This document shows, in pieces, positions 1-8,188 of a stretch of DNA of 64,000 nucleotides. The DNA is taken from positions 209,659-273,658 of the forward strand of contig CANFJX010000002.1 of assembly GCA_947447665.1 (NCBI GenBank), read 5' to 3'. The stretch's first letter is position 1. Each line of letters opens with the position of its first letter. The translations under genes and the position numbers were made by a program. The notes under the pieces were generated by a model. It was not told the origin of the DNA and made no database searches. It saw only the letters and a list, made by a program, of their open reading frames with translations. The stretch is from Bacteriovoracaceae bacterium (lineage in GTDB: Bacteria; Bdellovibrionota; UBA1018).

Positions 1-635
1 GCAGTTGATAGTGTTACTCCTTCGCGTACACAAGTCATCGCATCTTGAAGTGGGCGTCGCTCAGGTCGATGGTAGTGCACGTCGTTGGTAGCGATTACTT
101 TAAGATCCCATTCTCTCGCTTTTTTTAAAGTGAGCGCGGTACGTTCATCATCCATCCCGTCGAGATAGCGAGCCAGAGAGAGCGAGAATCGCTCCTCAAA
201 TGCGGTCTTGAGTGGTCCATACTGAAGTGATTTGGATGCTGGACAAGAGCCAAGCAAACCCTTGGACTCGGTTCTCTCTAAAAATTGAAGGAACTGCGCC
301 AGGGTAAGAATCCCATGACCTTTTTCTTTGCCCTGGTGAGCGGCAGTAAGAATGCGACACATAATTCCGTAAGCCGCGCGATCTCGGGCGATGAGTGAAA
401 TCGGTGGATGATCCTGGATTTTAAGTTCGCACCCGGAGATCAATCGAACTTGAGGAAACCGTCGGGTCGCCTCATAGGCTCGGGGTAAGGCATAGACTCC
501 GTTGAGATCCGTGATGGCGATAGCAGGGATTCCCATTTCAAATGCGCGCTGGATATATTCAGCTGCATCGGAAGCCCCGCGAAGGAAAGAGAAGTTAGTT
601 TTACACTGGAGTTCAACGTACGAGACCTTACTCAT
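1..635 (-). CDS. dnaE2: Error-prone DNA polymerase DnaE2/ImuC, N-terminal PHP domain (5' part only; the gene continues beyond the window start).
   Basis: Reverse-strand translation from the ATG at 635 gives MSKVSYVELQCKTNFSFLRGASDAAEYIQRAFEMGIPAIAITDLNGVYALP..., the hallmark N-terminus of DnaE-type PHP domains. It overlaps the imuB stop by 8 nt. It is absent from the ORF track because no stop codon falls inside the window. Confidence 0.8.
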   Translation of the reverse strand, partial: MSKVSYVELQCKTNFSFLRGASDAAEYIQRAFEMGIPAIAITDLNGVYALPRAYEATRRFPQVRLISGCELKIQDHPPISLIARDRAAYGIMCRILTAAHQGKEKGHGILTLAQFLQFLERTESKGLLGSCPASKSLQYGPLKTAFEERFSLSLARYLDGMDDERTALTLKKAREWDLKVIATNDVHYHRPERRPLQDAMTCVREGVTLST

Positions 636-1947
636 AGTAACCATGAACAAAATAGTGGTGTTGGGGATCTGAGAATATCCAAAGGGTGCGTCCACCTTCG
701 AGCTCGACTTGATAGTAGTTTCGAGCATGAGTATCGTTGAGCCAGTCGAGAGAGAGGCGCTCGAGTTTTGACCAGCAAATGGATTTAAATTTTCTCCCTT
801 TAAATAAAATTCTATCTTGAATAATAGAAACGGGAACAGGGGATTTAAAAATTCGGGTAGGTCGTTTTGGATAGCGATTTTCCAAGTCGGCTTGAGGAGC
901 TCCCTTTTGGGAACTTCTCACCCAACTCTTTTCTGGTAAGCGCTCCTCTGTCGTTCTTGCCCAAAAAACATGGTTCTTGCCTAGAAACTCCTCTAGCTCT
1001 CCAAAGAGAGAGCCTAGGACTTCTTGATGGTCTAAGTGGGAGTTTCCATCTTGATTGTTAAAGAAATCTTTTTGCGTGCTTCTTCCCGCTGTGGTCGCAA
1101 GGACAGAGCATCTCAATGTGTGAACAAAAGAGTGGATCGGTGCCTGGCTTAGATCTCGGTTCAGACGTTCGCGTAAGATCGGTAAGAAGCCGAGGGTTGA
1201 GCCCTGCGGGGTGATAAGCTCAAACGTCCACTCTCTTGTAGGGTTTTTCACGGTCGAGTATTTCTCAAGCTCTATTGCAAAAGAGATTCTCTCTGCTCGG
1301 AGTGATCGACCTCGGAGCCGACTAAAGAGTCGATCCAGCATGGCTTTAGAGTAAAACAGCAATGGCTCAATTTCGGAGCAGTACTCAGAAGGTAGAAGCT
1401 CGAGCTTTTCTTTAAAGTGCTCGGGCGGATTCCAGCTCGGCCAAAGCAGGTCGGAGGCACTTTCAAGTCTCTGTCGACACAAGAGACTGAGTCCCCCAAA
1501 TCGAGAAGGGAGACTGGCAGTGGGGATTTGTTTAAACTCGGACAGAGTCTCTACCCCGAGGCTTTTGAGTGATTCAATCATCACCCGAACCGATTTTCTC
1601 CCTAAGGGGTCCACGCCGAAAGGATCAGCAAAGTCGATGAGGGCCTCGATGGGGAGTGAATTGAGTGTTGATCCAGAAGCTCCTGAATGGCGCGCCAAGG
1701 CGAGAGATGAGGGGATGTCGTGGGAGAGTGCTATTTTTGCGACCCATCCCAGGCGACGAGCAAGAGACTGCGCTCGGAGAACAAAAGAGCGATCGGAGTA
1801 GAGCGATTTACACTTACCAATTTCAATGAAAATAGCCTCGGGCTCACGTACGGAGATTTGAGGACTGAATCTGAAACACGCTTCCGCAAGCGAGTATAGA
1901 CTCGACTGAGAACTCGACTCATGGAAAAAGAGGCAGGCCACTTTCAT
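628..1947 (-). CDS. imuB: ImuB, a Y-family polymerase-like mutasome subunit
   Basis: 439 aa. Y-family/DinB-like fold that lacks the canonical acidic catalytic N-terminus. It sits in the imuA-imuB-dnaE2 gene order and overlaps both neighbours. Confidence 0.7.
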   Translation of the reverse strand: MKVACLFFHESSSQSSLYSLAEACFRFSPQISVREPEAIFIEIGKCKSLYSDRSFVLRAQSLARRLGWVAKIALSHDIPSSLALARHSGASGSTLNSLPIEALIDFADPFGVDPLGRKSVRVMIESLKSLGVETLSEFKQIPTASLPSRFGGLSLLCRQRLESASDLLWPSWNPPEHFKEKLELLPSEYCSEIEPLLFYSKAMLDRLFSRLRGRSLRAERISFAIELEKYSTVKNPTREWTFELITPQGSTLGFLPILRERLNRDLSQAPIHSFVHTLRCSVLATTAGRSTQKDFFNNQDGNSHLDHQEVLGSLFGELEEFLGKNHVFWARTTEERLPEKSWVRSSQKGAPQADLENRYPKRPTRIFKSPVPVSIIQDRILFKGRKFKSICWSKLERLSLDWLNDTHARNYYQVELEGGRTLWIFSDPQHHYFVHGYYE

Positions 1948-2501
1948 GAGCTCTCCGATCGAGTGAACTTGGATTTAATCACTTCGACTGAGTAGGTGTG
2001 GACGCCTGGATGATTCCAATCCGCACTGAGCTGAAATGCAATAGCCCATGCATGCATCGGAACTTTCGATAGGAAAAAAACTGTCGCATTGGACTCTCGA
2101 GCAAAAAGTTGGAGGGCCTTGAGCATCTTAACTTCTTCAATCGCGCCGGGGAGCACGACACACTCGAAGAGTTTAGTTCTGAGCGCTTTCCTTAGTGCTT
2201 GAAATAATCGATCCCCTGCCTCTGCGATCAGAACTCGAGAAAGATCCACGCCTCGTTGCTGCATAGCAGTGGGGAGGATCGTGAGCTGCTCTTCGATCCA
2301 AAAAGTATGGAGTGATGGATTTTGCTGTAAGAGACGTAGAATCCACTCCGTACGCGCGGAGCCTGTGATCTCGCAAATGACACCACGAGGCACACCTCCG
2401 GGCACTGTGTCACAGTTTAAGAATTCTCTTTTTTGGATCCCATTCCATTGGGTCAGCTTCTCCCGAATTTCGGCAAGCTGGGGACGATCCTGTCTTTCCA
2501 T
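1944..2501 (-). CDS. imuA: ImuA/SulA-like protein (RecA-fold, lacks ATPase motifs), first gene of the mutasome cassette
   Basis: 185 aa. Position immediately upstream of imuB with a 4-bp overlap. RBS-like AGGGTGA lies upstream of the ATG. Confidence 0.55.
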   Translation of the reverse strand: MERQDRPQLAEIREKLTQWNGIQKREFLNCDTVPGGVPRGVICEITGSARTEWILRLLQQNPSLHTFWIEEQLTILPTAMQQRGVDLSRVLIAEAGDRLFQALRKALRTKLFECVVLPGAIEEVKMLKALQLFARESNATVFFLSKVPMHAWAIAFQLSADWNHPGVHTYSVEVIKSKFTRSESS

Positions 2502-3341
2502 TTTTGATCACCCTAACTGAGTTTTCGAATGATGACAAAATCCCCATCGGGAACTCCGTCTTCGATCATCAAATGACTTGAGACTTGGCGAAACAAGGTA
2601 CTGAGCTACCTCCGCATGGGAAAAGGCAAAACCTTGTTTTCACTTAAAATCATTGATCAACTCGATGAAGTACTCTCAGTATAAGCGTAGGTTTGGCGTA
2701 AGTCCAGTTTTTCCCGGGCGGGTACGGCTGGGCTAATTAATCACTCGTGAAGAACTCTTGAATGGCACTTCCACACTCCCTGCACTCAAGGGGAGGCAAC
2801 CCCAAGAGCTTTTCAATAGTAGGTCGAATATCGAGATGACTGAGCTCGCGGCCGGTAGTCGGGGACAGAGGAGAGCTCTTCGCAGAGAGCTTGACCTTTT
2901 TTAGCTGACTCAGCTGTCTCGACGATTTTGTCGAGCATTTGAACACCGTGTGCATCAGCTCCTAAAATTTGTTTTGAGAATTGAGCATATCTATCTATTG
3001 AGGACGTAGTTTTAAATCCTAACCGCCTCGCAGAATCTACAATTTTTTCAGAGTTGACTAAAACTTTCCTGTAATATCCTATATTCAATAATATCAAACA
3101 CTTAGTTCATGACGCGGGGTCCGATGTGGAACACATCTGATCCCGCCGACGATTTAATTATCATCTGATTTCCAGAACTCATTAACCACCTACTCTCATA
3201 ACTGTAACAACGATTCGCCCTGCGATGTGCAATTCGTCAGTCCCTATGACGCCTGACAAGTGGATTCTCGTTAAAACGGTCGTCAACCTAGAACTTGGTG
3301 TCGTTCAATTGACTTTGCTCCAGCTTGTTACAATTTTTACA

Positions 3342-3698
3342 TCATGCTATTTTTGAATCTACAGGAGCAATTCCATATCCATTTAAACTTGCGTCCACTA
3401 GATGGAATATCGCCGCATCCAAGTCTGCAAATGTTTGTCTCCAGTGCTTACCGCCTCGCTCCGACAAAAAGACTTCAAAACCATCGTCGCACTTCATTAG
3501 GTAGTATGCTTTTTTGTCTCTTGGATCGCCATGCCATATTTGGTCAATTAAGTCGGCTCCGTTTCCACCTAATTTCTTGTATTCGGCAATTAGCCCTTGA
3601 ATTGAAATCCTGTCCAAAACATTAGAGCCATATTTGCTAAGCAATTCTTTCTTTTGAAGTCCATTCAAGACATCGACTAATAGACAATTTTGATTCAT
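3342..3698 (-). CDS. Small acidic cytoplasmic protein (118 aa from the M10 start), candidate immunity or partner protein
   Basis: The ORF track gives 3342-3725. An internal ATG at 3698-3696 overlaps the upstream TAA stop as TAATG, and a GGAGG motif lies 6 nt upstream. No signal peptide. The protein has balanced composition, unlike the antisense ORF 3344-3625. Confidence 0.55.
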   Translation of the reverse strand: MNQNCLLVDVLNGLQKKELLSKYGSNVLDRISIQGLIAEYKKLGGNGADLIDQIWHGDPRDKKAYYLMKCDDGFEVFLSERGGKHWRQTFADLDAAIFHLVDASLNGYGIAPVDSKIA

Positions 3699-5884
3699 TA
3701 GAAACCTCCGCCGTTGGTGATCCATGTTCTAGGGACGATTTTATTTACGTAGACTTGATGCCCACCACCCAGAATTTGTCCAACGGGTGTTGGGTTGTTA
3801 AATCTTCTTAGCGCAACTTCACCAACAACGCCTTCATAGAATTTCTCACCTGATGGTACAGTAATTTCAACCCATTTTTTTGCCGAATTACCCCAAGAGG
3901 GGTCCAAAGCAGAATCAAGGACAGCTTGATAGGGACCAGTGGGCTTTACATGAGACCAGTAGGCTGATAGTTCTTTGCCGTCAGTTGCATACACTCGATA
4001 CAGCTTTACTGGCTCTTTCGTCACAATCTCCAGATAGCTAGAACTTCTAAAGGCATCCGCTACCGTTCCCACACCCTCGGTTATTGCGTGGAGTGGACCA
4101 TGATTTATTGGATTAAACTTCTGTATACTCGCCGCAGAATCTAGCATTCTCTGCACCCCTTCAATGCCCTCACTCCTGAGAAGGGTTGAGGCAAGGTCGG
4201 GGGCTTGATCCGCCAGAGCGTTCAGGTTGGTTGCCGCTGCCGCGGTCAGAGACCCTGCACTGTCAGCGGCTAAAACCATTTCTTGAGCTGCAAAGCGATG
4301 AACGACCAGTTCTACCCCTTTTTTGAGAGCGACCTGAGTCTCTGCGGCTAGGGGACATCCGAAAATCAATCCAGTGAGATCAGCCGTGAGTTCTCCGATG
4401 ATTTCGCCTTGTGTTTCCTCATCAGAGTGGATGAACGATTGCCATTTTTCTCGGATCAGGCCTTGAACTCCACTCTGAGATTCCGTAATTGCCTTAACTC
4501 CCTCATAAATGACGTAACCCACCGCTCCAGCTGCTAGGGTGACCGTAACGGCAGGAGGCAAAATAGCTGCTGCAACGACCCCCGCCCCAACGAGCACCCC
4601 TCCTCGAAGAGCTCCCCGGGTAAATCCCTTCAGAGCATCCAAACAGGGCCTTAGCTCCGATAGGGTGTGCTTGAAAGCTGCTGAATGGCCGCTAGCTCCT
4701 AAACGATCCGCCAATAATAAGCCCACTTTCAGACTCTCGGTATGAGAGTTGAAAAAAGAGCATCCCTCAGTATCAATTGCCCCTAGGCCAGGACACTGAT
4801 CTTGGACCATGCTCTGAGCCACGATCACTGTATTTACCGCGGTCCTCACCTCAAAACCCTCGGAGCTTCTGAGAGAAGTAGTCAGCCGAAGGCCCGTGTA
4901 ATCGACTCCGGGTAAATTGTGAATCAGCCCTTGATCATTCAGGATCCCGCGATCGATGAGTTGTTTTTCGATATAGTATCCGGAATTTTGGGTCACCCCA
5001 TCCTTGCTGTTTAGAAATGACTGAATTTCAGACAAAGCCTCTTCGACTGCGTCTAAATGTCTGGAACGATCCGCCCCGCTGAGAGCCTCCACTAACTGGG
5101 TTACGCTCTCATTGAGAATATCTTTAGGATGAGTCGCTCGTTTTGGGTCAAAGCCTCGAGCCTCCTGTTGCCAGACTGAAGCAGCTAAATTCGCTGCCTG
5201 TGGGCGCCGCTCTTGGACGATTTGCTGCTGCCGTTCTTCCATCCTGTTTGAAAATCGAAGGTCCCCGAAATCTCCGGAGGGTGTAACTCCCCGAGGTATT
5301 CCACTTCCGCCTAAGCCTGAGCCAACTGGGGTCAAACTCGCCTTGATGCCTTCTGTGTTTGCTCGTTGCACTCGGTTTAGCTCTCTACTCCAACCCTCAC
5401 GAGCAGCGTGGGAAGCTACTGCACCCCATCCCGAAGTGTCTTGGGACGGAGGCGAGATCATCCCTCCGGCAGGAGCATCTGTCGATCCTTCGTTCGTGGG
5501 CGCAGTTTGTGCTGGCAAACCTGGAGCTAGATCACGCAAATCAAAGCTGGCAGGGATATTCTGCCGCAGAGGGGTAGACTCCCCTGTATGCCGCGGAATT
5601 TGTGGGTTGGTCAGGCAATGACTAAAATAGTGTTCGACGGTGATCGCTCCTTCAACGGAGCGATGCTGAACCGACTGCTCCCAGCAAACCCGATCCACGC
5701 CTCGAAAATCTACGGTCCTTGGATCTTGGATGTATTCCTTATCCCCTCCCCTTTCGATAAAATATCGAATATCATCCTCGACGGCGTGAGAGGGCAGACT
5801 CGATAATCCGAATGCGAGCATCAAAATCGATGTAATTGACAGAGGTGTTCTACTCTTCATTTTTTTGTAAATTTTAGCTACCAT
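3698..5884 (-). CDS. Secreted 728-aa protein with a signal peptide, a central glycine-zipper segment and a C-terminal domain of unknown function
   Basis: N-terminus MKSRTPLSITSILMLAFGLSSLPSHA is Sec-like. The central segment GALRGGVLVGAGVVAAAILPPAVTVTLAAGAVGYVIY is a glycine zipper. The C-terminal ~130 aa (LYRVYATDGKELSAYWSH...GGGHQVYV) matches no family I can name. Confidence 0.65.
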   Translation of the reverse strand: MVAKIYKKMKSRTPLSITSILMLAFGLSSLPSHAVEDDIRYFIERGGDKEYIQDPRTVDFRGVDRVCWEQSVQHRSVEGAITVEHYFSHCLTNPQIPRHTGESTPLRQNIPASFDLRDLAPGLPAQTAPTNEGSTDAPAGGMISPPSQDTSGWGAVASHAAREGWSRELNRVQRANTEGIKASLTPVGSGLGGSGIPRGVTPSGDFGDLRFSNRMEERQQQIVQERRPQAANLAASVWQQEARGFDPKRATHPKDILNESVTQLVEALSGADRSRHLDAVEEALSEIQSFLNSKDGVTQNSGYYIEKQLIDRGILNDQGLIHNLPGVDYTGLRLTTSLRSSEGFEVRTAVNTVIVAQSMVQDQCPGLGAIDTEGCSFFNSHTESLKVGLLLADRLGASGHSAAFKHTLSELRPCLDALKGFTRGALRGGVLVGAGVVAAAILPPAVTVTLAAGAVGYVIYEGVKAITESQSGVQGLIREKWQSFIHSDEETQGEIIGELTADLTGLIFGCPLAAETQVALKKGVELVVHRFAAQEMVLAADSAGSLTAAAATNLNALADQAPDLASTLLRSEGIEGVQRMLDSAASIQKFNPINHGPLHAITEGVGTVADAFRSSSYLEIVTKEPVKLYRVYATDGKELSAYWSHVKPTGPYQAVLDSALDPSWGNSAKKWVEITVPSGEKFYEGVVGEVALRRFNNPTPVGQILGGGHQVYVNKIVPRTWITNGGGF

Positions 5885-5919
5885 AAATAAAAATCCATAG
5901 ATAAACTGATTGTCCTGGC

Positions 5920-6867
5920 CTACATCTGTGTTCTTGCAAAATTAATCCCATCTTCATGAATTCGATCTAACTCCTCTTGAGTCATAGGGATCACTCCTAA
6001 TAACCCAGGTTCGCCAACTACATTTTGGAGCATGGGCCTAATGGTCTCCCAATTCGGTAGTGGATCTGGCTTAAAATTCGCGTGGAAAGATAAGATTTCC
6101 CAATATTTCCTCCAAACGCGCTTGATTGGTGGGGGCGAGTTCGTATGGAATGCTGTGATTGCTGTCATTAGCAGTAAGTTGACTTCTCCCAATTCCTCAC
6201 GCTTCAAGACGGATGTTAGAATTTTAAAGTCATCCACCATTCCAGCAATGTTAAAACCGGCTCGACCTAAAAATTTTCCACATGCGACACCCCGTAATCC
6301 TGTTTCTGTTCCATCACCTCGGGTCGACCTAATTCTCTGCTCTGCCATTCTTCGGACCAGCCTAAAGTCATGGCGATTCATCCGCTCTCTCTCAAGAGAC
6401 TCTGTCCTTAGGTTCTCAAAACGGATTAATTGTTGAATCGCAGGCGCAATCTCAATTGAGCAATTTTGAAATTGCTCCAGATTAAAAACAAGTCCTTCGG
6501 CTCTTGGAATTGTGACCGCTTTTTCACCTCTAGGAACTCGTCGAACTAACTCGAAGTTCCTGATTTCATTTCTTAGAATTCCAAAATGCCGGTCTGTGTC
6601 TCTGATGAGAGTAGCGCTTCCTTCTTTCCCTTCAGACATCAGGTGACTGAAAGACTTTGTTTGAGGCGAGGCAGATGGGGCAGGATGGATCCTTTCCGAC
6701 AAAACGGTGCCAGAATTAAGGGCATCGACGGACAAACCCAGAATAAAATGATCTGGCTCAGACCTGAAGGTTAACTGTTCAGTCACAACGCGATCTGCGT
6801 AACTAGAAAAAGCCTCGCCGAACAAAACAGCAGAACACATTAAAAATCTATTCAAGCTTTTAATCAT
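5920..6867 (-). CDS. Secreted hypothetical protein (315 aa)
   Basis: N-terminal hydrophobic signal MIKSLNRFLMCSAVLFGEAFSSYA. Tightly packed in the operon. Confidence 0.55.
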   Translation of the reverse strand: MIKSLNRFLMCSAVLFGEAFSSYADRVVTEQLTFRSEPDHFILGLSVDALNSGTVLSERIHPAPSASPQTKSFSHLMSEGKEGSATLIRDTDRHFGILRNEIRNFELVRRVPRGEKAVTIPRAEGLVFNLEQFQNCSIEIAPAIQQLIRFENLRTESLERERMNRHDFRLVRRMAEQRIRSTRGDGTETGLRGVACGKFLGRAGFNIAGMVDDFKILTSVLKREELGEVNLLLMTAITAFHTNSPPPIKRVWRKYWEILSFHANFKPDPLPNWETIRPMLQNVVGEPGLLGVIPMTQEELDRIHEDGINFARTQM

Positions 6868-6883
6868 ATTAAAACAAATTCTT

Positions 6884-8182
6884 TCATTGCAAGGCTCTTC
6901 CGATAAGCGATGGTTTTAATGACTCCCATGGATCACTCGTCAATCGCGAAAACAATGCGTCGCCAATCACGAGGCTAGTCCAAAAATTCTGCAAAACACT
7001 ACCTCTGTCGATCACTGGTTCCCGAAGTTGAAAAAAATAGGGGGCAATCCCCTGTTTAATGAAAAGAAAAGATGCTCTACTTTCCTGCTGACGAATCGAA
7101 TATGACTTATCTAGTTCTGTGAGAACAGCGTCCTCAAGGTGTGGGAAGTAAGAGTCCTCTAAATCACTCATCAGCTCACTCCATCGATTTTTTAAACCTT
7201 GCCAATCTCCCTTGATACTTTCCACATAGGCTACTACCTGATTCAGGTGCTCCGAGTTGAGCTCCAGTGCAGCTTGAATCTTAGGTTCGAACTCAGGAAG
7301 CAAAAAATCTTCGCAAACCGCAGTAATCAGTAAAAGTGCGCCTTCATCGATTGCACTTATGGCGCGGATCTGGTGTTGTCGAATCTCCTGAATCAGCTCC
7401 CACTGACGGCTGATCTTGCCCGATTCGATTGCAGAATCAATCGAGCTCCAAACAGCTAGAACCGCAACAGCCACGACTGCGCCTACTGGTCCAGCTGCAG
7501 AAGTCGCGACCAAACCCTTCAGTACTCCAAGTTTGACTGCAGTACCAGCGGCGGCACCGGCGAGTGATCCGACAACACCCTTCGCATTGGTTCCGCCCTG
7601 AGAATGAGCCTCGCCTGCCGAATCTATTGAGATGGTGCAATCTTCTTGTGGAGGCAGAAGAGCAGCTAGATTAGGCAGTACAAAGATCTTCTTAGGTTGA
7701 TTGCGATCGAGAGCCCACTGCAATCGGTCGTTTGCGCATCGGGTTTTCCAAAATTCGGAGATTGAACTCAGATCGCTTCTCACGTTTCGAAGCGTAACAA
7801 GCTCATCTTCGAGATCTTTTTGGATGAGGAGTATTTTTAATACACTTTCGGAGAAAGATGCAGGTGTAGCCCGCATGATTTCTTGCATTTTTAGATCCCA
7901 ATTATTTTTGAGCTGCTCAGATTTATTTGAGGCAGTCTCTTGCATTTCTAACAGGATCTGAAAGGCGTCCCAGTAGTCGGATAACCGCTGTAAGAAATGG
8001 GTCTTAATATCTGATTTAAACTTTTTATCTACGTAATCCTTGTAGCTAACTTTGGTCTCATGGAGAATTTCTGATAAGAGCGTAATATTATCATCTAATT
8101 TGTCGGCAAAGGCAGGGGTAATTGTGTTGGAATTTAATGAAATACAAATAAAAATTGCGATTATTTTGTTTTTATTTTTCAT
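6884..8182 (-). CDS. Secreted coiled-coil and glycine-zipper protein (432 aa), paralogous in its central domain to the 728-aa protein
   Basis: Signal peptide MKNKNKIIAIFICISLNSNTITPAFA. The glycine zipper GVVGSLAGAAAGTAVKLGVLKGLVATSAAGPVGAVVAVAVLAV is followed by ESGKISRQWELIQEI, to be compared with ESQSGVQGLIREKWQSF in the 728-aa protein. Confidence 0.6.
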   Translation of the reverse strand: MKNKNKIIAIFICISLNSNTITPAFADKLDDNITLLSEILHETKVSYKDYVDKKFKSDIKTHFLQRLSDYWDAFQILLEMQETASNKSEQLKNNWDLKMQEIMRATPASFSESVLKILLIQKDLEDELVTLRNVRSDLSSISEFWKTRCANDRLQWALDRNQPKKIFVLPNLAALLPPQEDCTISIDSAGEAHSQGGTNAKGVVGSLAGAAAGTAVKLGVLKGLVATSAAGPVGAVVAVAVLAVWSSIDSAIESGKISRQWELIQEIRQHQIRAISAIDEGALLLITAVCEDFLLPEFEPKIQAALELNSEHLNQVVAYVESIKGDWQGLKNRWSELMSDLEDSYFPHLEDAVLTELDKSYSIRQQESRASFLFIKQGIAPYFFQLREPVIDRGSVLQNFWTSLVIGDALFSRLTSDPWESLKPSLIGRALQ

Positions 8183-8188
8183 ATTTTT

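Noticed and set aside
2737-3097. Two overlapping minus-strand small ORFs of 72 and 94 aa
   Set aside because: They are mutually exclusive frames. One uses a TTG start. There is no RBS and neither has protein-like features. They are not good enough to report as genes.
3344-3625. Plus-strand 93-aa ORF fully antisense to the 118-aa immunity-like gene, preceded by a promoter-like TTGACT/TACAAT pair
   Set aside because: Its translation is Leu/Arg/Ser/His-rich and not protein-like. The opposite-strand ORF has a GGAGG RBS and a TAATG coupling. The -35/-10 spacer is only 14 bp. The promoter-like element is kept as a possible antisense promoter only.
5150-5300. Possible R-S-E ADP-ribosyltransferase signature in the C-terminus of the 728-aa protein
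   Set aside because: The spacing between the candidate Arg, the S-x-x-x-S stretch and the acidic pair does not match known ARTs, and no ExE motif is present. The domain is left unassigned.
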